From Escherichia coli (lineage in GTDB: Bacteria > Pseudomonadota > Gammaproteobacteria > Enterobacterales > Enterobacteriaceae): a stretch of 64,000 nucleotides of DNA. A model generated the notes under the pieces. It did no database searches, was not told the origin of the DNA, and saw nothing but the letters and a program-made list of their open reading frames with translations. Shown here piece after piece: positions 11,888 through 21,610 of this stretch (position 1 is the first letter of the stretch; every line of letters begins with the position of its first letter). A program made the translations under genes and the position numbers. Location of the stretch: the NCBI RefSeq assembly GCF_003334385.1, contig NZ_QOWN01000017.1; one strand, written 5' to 3'.

Positions 11888-12154
11888 GCTGGTCGATCAC
11901 TGGAAGAGGAAGACGCGGAGTTTACGCTGCTTGTCAGAAAATAAACAGACAGCGAAATCAAAAGCGCCACGAATAGTCAAAATGCCATTTCACTGTTGCT
12001 GATTGGCTGCTGACGCTGCTGAAATGAAATTGCTGATAACGGATTTTCCCATCAGCAATTAGGAAAAATGGCAAAAAATTGTGCAGCACATCAAACTTTT
12101 GCTCATAACTTTACGGCTTTCCTTGCGTGCTGAAACAGAAGTATTATGCTTTCT

Positions 12155-12240
12155 TGAAACGTTTCAGCGCGATCTTGTCTTTAACCCTAAGCCAGGTTGG
12201 CGCTTTTTTTCTCATAGAGGCTGAATCGTTTCAATTCAGC
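12155..12240 (+). promoter_or_regulatory. fruBKA promoter region with two Cra (FruR) operator-like palindromes
   Basis: tgaaacgtttca at 12155-12166 and gctgaatcgtttcaattcagc at 12220-12240, both matching the Cra half-site TGAAWC/GWTTCA, located just upstream of fruB ATG (12255). Confidence 0.6.
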
Positions 12241-12254
12241 AAGAGAGGAGAACT

Positions 12255-13385
12255 ATGTTCCAGTTATCCGTACAGGACATCCATCCGGGCGAAAAGGCCG
12301 GAGACAAAGAAGAGGCGATTCGCCAGGTCGCTGCGGCGCTGGTGCAGGCCGGTAATGTAGCAGAAGGCTACGTCAATGGCATGCTGGCGCGCGAACAGCA
12401 AACCTCAACGTTCCTCGGCAATGGTATTGCTATTCCACACGGCACTACCGACACCCGCGATCAGGTGCTGAAAACCGGCGTTCAGGTATTTCAGTTCCCG
12501 GAAGGCGTCACCTGGGGTGACGGTCAGGTAGCGTACGTGGCAATCGGTATTGCTGCCAGCTCGGATGAACATCTGGGCCTGCTACGCCAGCTGACCCACG
12601 TACTGAGCGATGATTCCGTTGCTGAACAACTGAAGTCAGCAACAACAGCAGAAGAACTTCGCGCATTACTGATGGGCGAAAAGCAGAGTGAGCAGCTGAA
12701 GCTCGACAACGAAATGCTGACACTGGATATCGTCGCCAGCGATCTGCTGACTCTTCAGGCGCTGAACGCTGCGCGTCTGAAAGAGGCGGGGGCAGTTGAC
12801 GCCACTTTCGTCACCAAAGCCATCAATGAACAACCGCTGAATCTCGGACAGGGTATCTGGCTGAGCGATAGCGCCGAAGGCAATCTGCGTAGCGCGATTG
12901 CGGTAAGCCGTGCGGCAAATGCTTTTGATGTGGACGGCGAAACGGCAGCCATGCTGGTGAGTGTGGCGATGAATGACGATCAGCCCATCGCGGTTCTTAA
13001 GCGTCTCGCTGATTTATTGCTCGACAATAAAGCTGACCGCTTGCTGAAAGCGGATGCGGCAACGTTGCTGGCGCTGCTGACCAGCGATGATGCGCCGACC
13101 GACGACGTGTTAAGCGCGGAGTTTGTGGTGCGCAATGAACACGGCCTGCATGCTCGTCCAGGTACCATGCTGGTCAATACCATTAAACAATTTAACAGTG
13201 ATATTACCGTGACAAACCTTGATGGTACCGGCAAACCGGCAAACGGACGTAGTCTGATGAAAGTTGTGGCACTTGGCGTTAAGAAAGGTCATCGCCTACG
13301 CTTTACCGCCCAGGGTGCAGATGCTGAACAGGCGCTGAAAGCAATCGGCGACGCTATCGCTGCTGGTCTTGGGGAGGGCGCATAA
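12255..13385 (+). CDS. fruB: fructose PTS multiphosphoryl transfer protein FruB (IIA-FPr)
   Basis: 376 aa ORF; N-terminal IIA-like and C-terminal HPr-like domain (GLHARPG); operon with fruK, fruA. Confidence 0.9.
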
Positions 13386-14323
13386 TGAGCAGACGTGTTG
13401 CTACTATCACCCTTAATCCGGCTTATGACCTTGTTGGTTTCTGCCCGGAAATTGAACGCGGCGAAGTGAACCTGGTGAAAACCACCGGTCTGCATGCGGC
13501 GGGTAAAGGCATCAACGTGGCCAAAGTATTAAAAGACCTGGGAATTGATGTCACCGTTGGCGGCTTCCTGGGTAAAGACAATCAGGATGGTTTTCAGCAA
13601 CTGTTCAGCGAGCTGGGCATTGCCAACCGTTTCCAGGTTGTACAGGGGCGCACCCGAATTAACGTTAAGCTGACGGAAAAAGACGGCGAAGTGACCGACT
13701 TCAACTTCTCGGGTTTTGAAGTCACCCCCGCCGACTGGGAACGCTTTGTGACTGATTCTCTGAGCTGGCTCGGTCAGTTCGATATGGTCTGTGTCAGCGG
13801 AAGCTTACCGTCAGGCGTCAGCCCGGAAGCGTTCACCGACTGGATGACTCGCCTGCGTAGTCAGTGTCCTTGCATTATCTTTGATAGTAGCCGTGAAGCG
13901 TTAGTAGCAGGTTTGAAAGCGGCACCGTGGCTGGTGAAACCTAACCGCCGCGAGCTGGAAATCTGGGCAGGCCGTAAACTGCCTGAAATGAAAGATGTGA
14001 TTGAAGCTGCACATGCGCTACGTGAACAAGGCATCGCGCATGTTGTTATTTCACTGGGTGCCGAAGGCGCGCTTTGGGTTAATGCCTCCGGCGAATGGAT
14101 CGCCAAACCACCGTCAGTCGATGTCGTAAGCACCGTTGGCGCAGGGGATTCTATGGTTGGTGGCCTGATTTATGGCTTGCTGATGCGTGAATCCAGTGAA
14201 CACACACTGCGTCTGGCGACAGCTGTTGCAGCCCTGGCGGTAAGTCAAAGCAATGTGGGTATTACCGATCGTCCGCAGTTGGCCGCAATGATGGCGCGCG
14301 TCGACTTACAACCTTTTAACTGA
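13385..14323 (+). CDS. fruK: 1-phosphofructokinase FruK (PfkB family)
   Basis: 312 aa ORF; PfkB motifs (GAGD); start overlaps fruB stop. Confidence 0.9.
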   Translation: MSRRVATITLNPAYDLVGFCPEIERGEVNLVKTTGLHAAGKGINVAKVLKDLGIDVTVGGFLGKDNQDGFQQLFSELGIANRFQVVQGRTRINVKLTEKDGEVTDFNFSGFEVTPADWERFVTDSLSWLGQFDMVCVSGSLPSGVSPEAFTDWMTRLRSQCPCIIFDSSREALVAGLKAAPWLVKPNRRELEIWAGRKLPEMKDVIEAAHALREQGIAHVVISLGAEGALWVNASGEWIAKPPSVDVVSTVGAGDSMVGGLIYGLLMRESSEHTLRLATAVAALAVSQSNVGITDRPQLAAMMARVDLQPFN

Positions 14324-14339
14324 CAGCAGGAGAGGCATA

Positions 14340-16031
14340 ATGAAAACGCTGCTGATTATTGACGCTAATCTCGGTCAGGCACGCGCCTATATGGCGAAGA
14401 CCCTGCTGGGCGCGGCGGCGCGAAAAGCAAAACTGGAAATCATCGACAATCCGAACGACGCTGAAATGGCGATTGTTCTCGGTGATTCCATCCCGAACGA
14501 CAGCGCGCTGAACGGTAAAAATGTCTGGCTGGGCGATATTTCCCGGGCAGTTGCGCACCCTGAGCTGTTCCTGAGTGAAGCCAAAGGCCATGCGAAACCT
14601 TACACTGCGCCGGTCGCTGCGACAGCACCAGTTGCCGCCAGCGGTCCGAAACGCGTAGTTGCGGTGACTGCTTGCCCGACTGGCGTAGCACACACCTTTA
14701 TGGCGGCTGAAGCCATTGAAACCGAAGCGAAAAAACGTGGCTGGTGGGTGAAAGTTGAAACCCGTGGTTCTGTTGGCGCGGGTAATGCAATCACTCCCGA
14801 AGAAGTCGCAGCAGCGGATCTGGTGATTGTGGCGGCAGATATCGAAGTGGATCTGGCGAAATTTGCTGGTAAACCGATGTATCGTACCTCTACCGGTCTG
14901 GCGCTGAAGAAAACCGCGCAGGAACTGGATAAAGCGGTTGCTGAAGCAACGCCGTATGAACCGGCGGGCAAAGCTCAAACGGCGACCACTGAAAGTAAGA
15001 AAGAGAGTGCAGGCGCATACCGTCACTTGCTGACGGGCGTTTCTTACATGCTGCCGATGGTCGTTGCAGGTGGTCTGTGTATCGCGCTTTCTTTTGCTTT
15101 TGGTATCGAAGCGTTTAAAGAGCCGGGTACGTTGGCTGCGGCGCTGATGCAGATTGGTGGTGGTTCAGCCTTTGCGCTGATGGTGCCGGTACTGGCAGGT
15201 TATATTGCCTTTTCCATTGCCGATCGTCCGGGCCTCACTCCGGGTCTGATTGGCGGTATGCTGGCGGTCAGCACCGGTTCTGGCTTCATTGGTGGTATTA
15301 TTGCGGGCTTCCTGGCTGGTTACATTGCGAAGTTAATCAGTACGCAATTGAAACTGCCACAGAGTATGGAGGCGCTGAAACCGATCCTGATCATTCCGCT
15401 AATTTCCAGTCTGGTGGTCGGTCTGGCGATGATCTACCTGATCGGTAAACCAGTTGCTGGCATTCTCGAAGGGCTGACTCACTGGCTGCAGACCATGGGG
15501 ACTGCGAATGCGGTTCTGCTGGGGGCGATCCTCGGTGGCATGATGTGTACTGACATGGGCGGTCCGGTAAACAAAGCAGCGTACGCATTCGGTGTGGGTC
15601 TGCTGAGTACTCAAACCTATGGCCCGATGGCGGCGATTATGGCGGCAGGTATGGTGCCACCGCTGGCAATGGGTCTGGCAACAATGGTGGCGCGTCGCAA
15701 ATTCGACAAAGCGCAGCAGGAAGGTGGCAAAGCCGCTCTGGTATTGGGACTGTGCTTCATTTCGGAAGGTGCAATTCCGTTTGCTGCTCGTGATCCGATG
15801 CGTGTGCTGCCGTGCTGTATCGTGGGTGGGGCGCTGACTGGCGCAATCTCAATGGCGATTGGTGCGAAACTGATGGCACCGCACGGTGGTCTGTTTGTTC
15901 TGCTGATCCCTGGCGCTATTACGCCGGTATTGGGTTACCTGGTAGCAATTATTGCCGGTACGCTGGTGGCGGGTTTGGCCTATGCCTTCCTGAAACGTCC
16001 GGAAGTGGACGCAGTAGCGAAAGCAGCGTAA
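14340..16031 (+). CDS. fruA: fructose PTS EIIB'BC component FruA
   Basis: 563 aa ORF; duplicated IIB domain plus membrane IIC domain. Confidence 0.9.
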   Translation: MKTLLIIDANLGQARAYMAKTLLGAAARKAKLEIIDNPNDAEMAIVLGDSIPNDSALNGKNVWLGDISRAVAHPELFLSEAKGHAKPYTAPVAATAPVAASGPKRVVAVTACPTGVAHTFMAAEAIETEAKKRGWWVKVETRGSVGAGNAITPEEVAAADLVIVAADIEVDLAKFAGKPMYRTSTGLALKKTAQELDKAVAEATPYEPAGKAQTATTESKKESAGAYRHLLTGVSYMLPMVVAGGLCIALSFAFGIEAFKEPGTLAAALMQIGGGSAFALMVPVLAGYIAFSIADRPGLTPGLIGGMLAVSTGSGFIGGIIAGFLAGYIAKLISTQLKLPQSMEALKPILIIPLISSLVVGLAMIYLIGKPVAGILEGLTHWLQTMGTANAVLLGAILGGMMCTDMGGPVNKAAYAFGVGLLSTQTYGPMAAIMAAGMVPPLAMGLATMVARRKFDKAQQEGGKAALVLGLCFISEGAIPFAARDPMRVLPCCIVGGALTGAISMAIGAKLMAPHGGLFVLLIPGAITPVLGYLVAIIAGTLVAGLAYAFLKRPEVDAVAKAA

Positions 16032-16187
16032 TAAAAGGTGTGTTACAGGGCAGAAATTTCCTGTCCTGTAACATTTGATGAGCGCAAAGAGAATGACCGG
16101 TTTGTGAATGTAATTTTATGAATTTAAATGGTTTTATCTTTCAGTAGAAACTTCAAACGTTCATCAAACACTCAGGTTATTTCCTCA

Positions 16188-16217
16188 AGGGCAGATTATT
16201 TTCTGCCCTTTTTTATT
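16188..16217 (+). terminator. rho-independent terminator after fruA
   Basis: Hairpin aagggcaga/tctgccctt followed by TTTTTT; a second weaker hairpin at 16042-16072. Confidence 0.55.
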
Positions 16218-16453
16218 GTTCTGTTCTGTGCATCCCGTCACAAATTCCTCGCTTTTGTAATTCAGGCATTTAATCGCATTTTGTGAGCCTGCTCAAATCT
16301 GCCCATTTTGCCTCTCTGGCGGTAATTTACTTTACGTAAAACATGCATACTATGAGCACATGTTTAAATATGAACACATGTTTAAACCGTCTTTGCAGTA
16401 TCTATATTCTTGTGGATTGACAGGGTTGGTAATTTTTTACCAGAGGACGTGCT

Positions 16454-17395
16454 ATGCGCGAAAAGGATTATGTCGTAATTATAGGTTCGGCGAATATTGA
16501 TGTCGCCGGATATTCACATGAATCATTAAATTATGCGGATTCAAATCCAGGTAAAATAAAATTTACGCCTGGTGGAGTAGGGCGCAATATTGCACAAAAC
16601 CTGGCGTTGCTGGGTAACAAAGCCTGGCTACTGAGCGCCGTAGGCAGTGATTTTTATGGTCAATCGCTGCTAACGCAAACCAATCAATCTGGCGTTTATG
16701 TCGATAAATGCCTGATTGTGCCGGGAGAAAATACGTCGAGTTATTTATCATTACTCGATAATACCGGTGAAATGCTGGTTGCTATAAATGACATGAATAT
16801 TAGCAACGCTATTACAGCTGAATATCTCGCACAGCACGGTGAATTTATTCAGAGGGCAAAGGTCATTGTCGCGGACTGTAATATCAGTGAAGAGGCACTG
16901 GCATGGATTCTGGATAATGCCGCCAACGTACCCGTATTTGTCGATCCGGTTTCGGCATGGAAATGTGTCAAAGTGCGCGACCGTCTAAATCAGATCCACA
17001 CTCTCAAGCCAAACCGCCTTGAAGCGGAAACCCTGAGTGGGATTGCGCTGTCAGGGCGTGAAGATGTGGCAAAAGTTGCTGCCTGGTTCCATCAACATGG
17101 CCTGAACCGACTGGTATTGAGCATGGGCGGCGACGGCGTTTATTACAGCGATATCAGCGGTGAAAGTGGCTGGTCTGCGCCGATCAAAACCAATGTTATT
17201 AATGTTACCGGAGCGGGCGATGCCATGATGGCGGGACTTGCTTCGTGTTGGGTAGACGGAATGCCGTTTGCCGAATCTGTTCGTTTCGCACAGGGATGTT
17301 CGTCAATGGCGCTCTCCTGTGAATACACCAATAACCCCGATTTATCGATTGCCAACGTTATATCGTTAGTGGAGAACGCAGAATGTCTGAATTAA
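16454..17395 (+). CDS. psuK: pseudouridine kinase PsuK (PfkB family)
   Basis: 313 aa ORF, ribokinase/PfkB fold motifs (GAGDAMMAG); synteny with psuG, psuT. Confidence 0.85.
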   Translation: MREKDYVVIIGSANIDVAGYSHESLNYADSNPGKIKFTPGGVGRNIAQNLALLGNKAWLLSAVGSDFYGQSLLTQTNQSGVYVDKCLIVPGENTSSYLSLLDNTGEMLVAINDMNISNAITAEYLAQHGEFIQRAKVIVADCNISEEALAWILDNAANVPVFVDPVSAWKCVKVRDRLNQIHTLKPNRLEAETLSGIALSGREDVAKVAAWFHQHGLNRLVLSMGGDGVYYSDISGESGWSAPIKTNVINVTGAGDAMMAGLASCWVDGMPFAESVRFAQGCSSMALSCEYTNNPDLSIANVISLVENAECLN

Positions 17396-18327
17396 AAATT
17401 TCCCCTGAATTATTACAAATTTCCCCGGAAGTGCAGGACGCTTTAAAAAACAAAAAACCGGTTGTGGCGCTGGAATCGACCATTATTTCTCACGGGATGC
17501 CGTTCCCACAAAATGCCCAGACCGCAATTGAAGTTGAAGAAACTATTCGTAAACAGGGCGCTGTACCTGCCACGATCGCCATTATTGGCGGCGTGATGAA
17601 AGTGGGGTTAAGCAAAGAAGAAATTGAATTACTGGGTCGTGAAGGGCATAACGTGACCAAAGTTAGTCGTCGCGATTTACCTTTTGTTGTTGCCGCCGGA
17701 AAAAATGGCGCAACCACTGTGGCTTCAACGATGATTATTGCGGCGCTTGCCGGAATTAAAGTATTTGCCACCGGGGGAATTGGTGGTGTGCATCGCGGGG
17801 CGGAACATACCTTCGATATTTCTGCCGATTTGCAAGAACTGGCAAATACTAATGTCACCGTTGTTTGTGCCGGGGCGAAATCTATTCTCGATTTAGGATT
17901 AACCACTGAGTATTTAGAAACCTTCGGTGTGCCGTTAATTGGCTATCAGACTAAAGCGCTGCCTGCGTTTTTCTGCCGCACCAGCCCGTTTGACGTCAGC
18001 ATTCGTCTCGACAGCGCCAGCGAAATTGCCCGTGCAATGGCGGTGAAATGGCAAAGCGGTCTGAACGGTGGCCTCGTGGTAGCGAACCCGATCCCGGAAC
18101 AGTTTGCTATGCCGGAACACACTATCAATGCGGCGATCGATCAGGCGGTAGCTGAAGCTGAAGCTGAAGCTCAGGGAGTCATTGGTAAAGAAAGTACGCC
18201 ATTCCTGCTGGCGCGCGTTGCTGAACTGACCGGCGGTGACAGCCTGAAATCCAACATCCAGCTGGTGTTCAACAACGCCATTCTGGCGAGCGAAATTGCC
18301 AAAGAATATCAGCGTCTCGCGGGTTAA
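17383..18327 (+). CDS. psuG: pseudouridine-5'-phosphate glycosidase PsuG
   Basis: 314 aa ORF overlapping psuK by 13 nt; indigoidine synthase A-like family; contains (gctgaa)x3 in-frame repeat at 18151-18168. Confidence 0.85.
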   Translation: MSELKISPELLQISPEVQDALKNKKPVVALESTIISHGMPFPQNAQTAIEVEETIRKQGAVPATIAIIGGVMKVGLSKEEIELLGREGHNVTKVSRRDLPFVVAAGKNGATTVASTMIIAALAGIKVFATGGIGGVHRGAEHTFDISADLQELANTNVTVVCAGAKSILDLGLTTEYLETFGVPLIGYQTKALPAFFCRTSPFDVSIRLDSASEIARAMAVKWQSGLNGGLVVANPIPEQFAMPEHTINAAIDQAVAEAEAEAQGVIGKESTPFLLARVAELTGGDSLKSNIQLVFNNAILASEIAKEYQRLAG

Positions 18328-18420
18328 TTTCTGACGGGCAGAAAGCCGTCGCCCGTACTCATCAAGCATACCAAAACCTGGCGCTGACGCCGGGTTTACC
18401 GGCATGAAGGGAAAATCATT

Positions 18421-19671
18421 ATGGATATAATGAGAAGTGTTGTGGGGATGGTGGTGTTACTGGCAATAGCATTTCTGTTGTCAGTGAATAAAAAGAGCAT
18501 CAGTTTGCGCACGGTTGGAGCCGCACTGCTGCTGCAAATCGCTATTGGTGGCATCATGCTCTACTTCCCACCGGGAAAATGGGCAGTAGAACAGGCGGCA
18601 TTAGGCGTTCATAAAGTGATGTCTTACAGTGATGCCGGTAGCGCCTTCATTTTTGGTTCGCTGGTTGGGCCGAAAATGGATGTCCTGTTTGACGGTGCGG
18701 GTTTTATCTTCGCCTTTCGCGTACTTCCGGCGATTATTTTCGTTACTGCGCTCATCAGTCTGCTGTACTACATTGGCGTGATGGGGCTGCTGATTCGCAT
18801 CCTTGGCAGCATTTTCCAGAAAGCCCTCAACATCAGCAAAATCGAATCTTTTGTTGCGGTTACTACTATTTTCCTCGGGCAAAATGAGATCCCGGCGATC
18901 GTTAAACCGTTTATCGATCGCATGAATCGCAACGAGTTGTTTACCGCAATTTGTCGCGGGATGGCGTCCATTGCTGGTTCGATGATGATTGGTTATGCCG
19001 GAATGGGCGTACCAATTGACTACCTGTTAGCGGCATCGCTGATGGCGATCCCTGGCGGGATTTTGTTTGCACGTATTTTTAGCCCGGCAACCGAGCCTTC
19101 GCAGGTCACATTTGAAAATCTGTCGTTCAGCGAAACGCCGCCAAAAAGCTTTATCGAAGCGGCGGCGAGCGGTGCGATGACCGGGCTAAAAATCGCCGCT
19201 GGTGTGGCGACGGTGGTAATGGCGTTTGTCGCAATTATTGCGCTGATCAACGGCATTATCGGCGGAATTGGCGGCTGGTTTGGTTTCGCCAATGCCTCTC
19301 TGGAAAGTATTTTTGGCTATGTGCTGGCACCGCTGGCGTGGATCATGGGTGTGGACTGGAGTGATGCCAATCTTGCGGGTAGCCTGATTGGGCAGAAACT
19401 GGCGATTAACGAATTCGTCGCTTACCTGAGTTTCTCCCCATACCTGCAAACGGGCGGCACGCTGGAAGTGAAAACCATTGCGATTATCTCCTTTGCGCTT
19501 TGTGGTTTTGCTAACTTTGGTTCTATCGGTGTTGTCGTTGGCGCATTTTCGGCTATTTCGCCAAAACGCGCGCCGGAAATCGCCCAGCTTGGTTTACGGG
19601 CGCTGGCAGCAGCAACGCTTTCCAACCTGATGAGTGCGACTATTGCCGGGTTCTTTATTGGTCTGGCGTAA
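18421..19671 (+). CDS. psuT: concentrative nucleoside (CNT family) transporter, PsuT
   Basis: 416 aa polytopic membrane protein, paralog of the ORF at 21611..22861; directly downstream of psuG. Confidence 0.75.
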   Translation: MDIMRSVVGMVVLLAIAFLLSVNKKSISLRTVGAALLLQIAIGGIMLYFPPGKWAVEQAALGVHKVMSYSDAGSAFIFGSLVGPKMDVLFDGAGFIFAFRVLPAIIFVTALISLLYYIGVMGLLIRILGSIFQKALNISKIESFVAVTTIFLGQNEIPAIVKPFIDRMNRNELFTAICRGMASIAGSMMIGYAGMGVPIDYLLAASLMAIPGGILFARIFSPATEPSQVTFENLSFSETPPKSFIEAAASGAMTGLKIAAGVATVVMAFVAIIALINGIIGGIGGWFGFANASLESIFGYVLAPLAWIMGVDWSDANLAGSLIGQKLAINEFVAYLSFSPYLQTGGTLEVKTIAIISFALCGFANFGSIGVVVGAFSAISPKRAPEIAQLGLRALAAATLSNLMSATIAGFFIGLA

Positions 19672-19680
19672 TGCTCGATT

Positions 19681-19722
19681 TGTAGACCGGATAAAACGTA
19701 TTAAGCGTTGCATCCGGCAATC
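19681..19722. repeat. REP (repetitive extragenic palindrome) element
   Basis: tgtagaccggataaaacgtattaagcgttgcatccggcaa, typical REP/PU palindromic motif. Confidence 0.6.
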
Positions 19723-19741
19723 GCGCTATTGAAAATAATTT

Positions 19742-20401
19742 TTACTGCATCATCCCGGAGAATTTATTCTCCGGGTCCATCTCCAGCGCCAGTCCTGACA
19801 ACTGCTTTCTGTTTTTAATGAGATACCCTTTCTTGCTTTTAATTAATAAACCGTCGTGAATGAACTGCGCGAGAACATATAAAAGATGTCGATAAGAAAC
19901 GCCTAAATACTCTGCCGCTTGCGTATGCTTTTCGTGATAAAGATCACCTTCCTGCGAGAGTAATATAAATGCTGCCAGGCGATTCACTAACGGAAATGAT
20001 TGATTCTGAGTTAAAGAAACAATATTACGATAATTTTTATGACTTAAGGTGACGCAGAGTTTTCGTAAAAATAGCGTGTCGTTTAATAACAGCGGACGGT
20101 AATGTTTCATAGGGAGCGCAAGGCACCAACACTCTTCAATAGCCTGCACCGCACGCGGTTCATGGTCTTTATCGATTAACTCAATCTCGCCAATAAAACA
20201 GGGGGCGGCAAAGAAATCGATCAGCGACACGCGACCATTAGCTAGCGTGGCGTAAAGCCTGGCGCGGCCTCGCGTCAGGTAAAACAGCCAGGACGGCTGT
20301 TGCCCTTCCTGCACAATGTAGTCACGCGCTAAAAAATGAAACAGCCGCGTATCGGCTGAAACATCCGTTAAAAAGCAATCCTTAAACGCGGATTCACTCA
20401 T
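19742..20401 (-). CDS. yeiL: CRP/FNR-family transcriptional regulator YeiL
   Basis: Track ORF 19742..20440; probable start MSESAFKD (20401), 219 aa; cNMP-binding-like N-terminus and C-terminal HTH. Confidence 0.75.
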
Positions 20402-20569
20402 CAATTGCTGCTTAAGATCATTATTGTGGATTTCTTTCACGATGTTTATCCGCTATGAGATTTCTCATATTTAGCATACGTACGCTGTTGTTAAGATTCA
20501 ATCATCGGCCCGGTCGAATTTTCTTTGCTGTAGAAAAAATAACGCAACTGGAAACAGAGGAAATAAACA

Positions 20570-21511
20570 ATGGAAAAGAGAAAAATTATTCTGGATTGTG
20601 AGCCGGGTCATGATGATGCTATTGCTATAATGATGGCGGCGAAACATCCGGCAATAGATTTATTAGGCATCACTATTGTAGCGGGTAATCAGACGCTTGA
20701 TAAAACATTAATTAATGGCCTGAATGTTTGCCAGAAACTGGAGATTAATGTTCCGGTTTATGCGGGGATGCCGCAGCCCATTATGCGTCAACAAATCGTT
20801 GCCGATAATATTCACGGTGAAACCGGACTGGATGGCCCGGTATTCGAGCCGCTGACCCGCCAGGCAGAAAGCACTCATGCGGTGAAATATATCATTGATA
20901 CCCTGATGGCAAGCGATGGCGATATCACTCTGGTGCCGGTTGGTCCGCTTTCAAATATCGCGGTGGCAATGCGTATGCAACCCGCGATCCTGCCCAAAAT
21001 CCGTGAAATTGTGCTAATGGGCGGCGCTTACGGTACAGGCAACTTCACGCCATCTGCCGAGTTCAACATCTTTGCCGACCCGGAAGCCGCACGCGTAGTG
21101 TTCACCTCCGGCGTTCCATTAGTGATGATGGGCCTCGATCTCACCAACCAGACCGTTTGCACCCCGGACGTGATTGCTCGGATGGAAAGGGCAGGCGGCC
21201 CCGCCGGAGAGCTGTTCAGCGACATCATGAACTTCACTCTCAAAACGCAGTTCGAAAACTACGGCCTTGCTGGCGGCCCGGTGCACGACGCCACCTGCAT
21301 CGGTTATCTGATTAACCCTGATGGCATTAAAACCCAGGAGATGTACGTCGAAGTGGACGTCAACAGTGGCCCTTGCTATGGGCGTACCGTCTGCGACGAG
21401 CTGGGCGTTCTTGGCAAGCCCGCCAATACCAAAGTCGGCATCACTATTGATACAGACTGGTTCTGGGGATTAGTCGAAGAGTGCGTGCGCGGCTACATCA
21501 AAACCCATTAA
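20570..21511 (+). CDS. rihB: pyrimidine-specific ribonucleoside hydrolase RihB
   Basis: 313 aa ORF with inosine-uridine nucleoside hydrolase N-terminal DxDxxxDD motif ([11 protein letters not shown]). Confidence 0.85.
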   Translation: MEKRKIILDCEPGHDDAIAIMMAAKHPAIDLLGITIVAGNQTLDKTLINGLNVCQKLEINVPVYAGMPQPIMRQQIVADNIHGETGLDGPVFEPLTRQAESTHAVKYIIDTLMASDGDITLVPVGPLSNIAVAMRMQPAILPKIREIVLMGGAYGTGNFTPSAEFNIFADPEAARVVFTSGVPLVMMGLDLTNQTVCTPDVIARMERAGGPAGELFSDIMNFTLKTQFENYGLAGGPVHDATCIGYLINPDGIKTQEMYVEVDVNSGPCYGRTVCDELGVLGKPANTKVGITIDTDWFWGLVEECVRGYIKTH

Positions 21512-21610
21512 GTGTTGATAACAAGCCGGGCCGGTATCGCAAGATGCAGGCCTGGCTATTTCTGATGGGCAGAAAGCCGTCGCCCAATATGACATGAAGA
21601 GATAATCACT

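Noticed and set aside
14316-15026. 236 aa minus-strand ORF inside fruA
   Set aside because: Entirely antisense to the well-supported fruA coding region; arginine/cysteine-rich low-complexity translation typical of GC-rich antisense frames.
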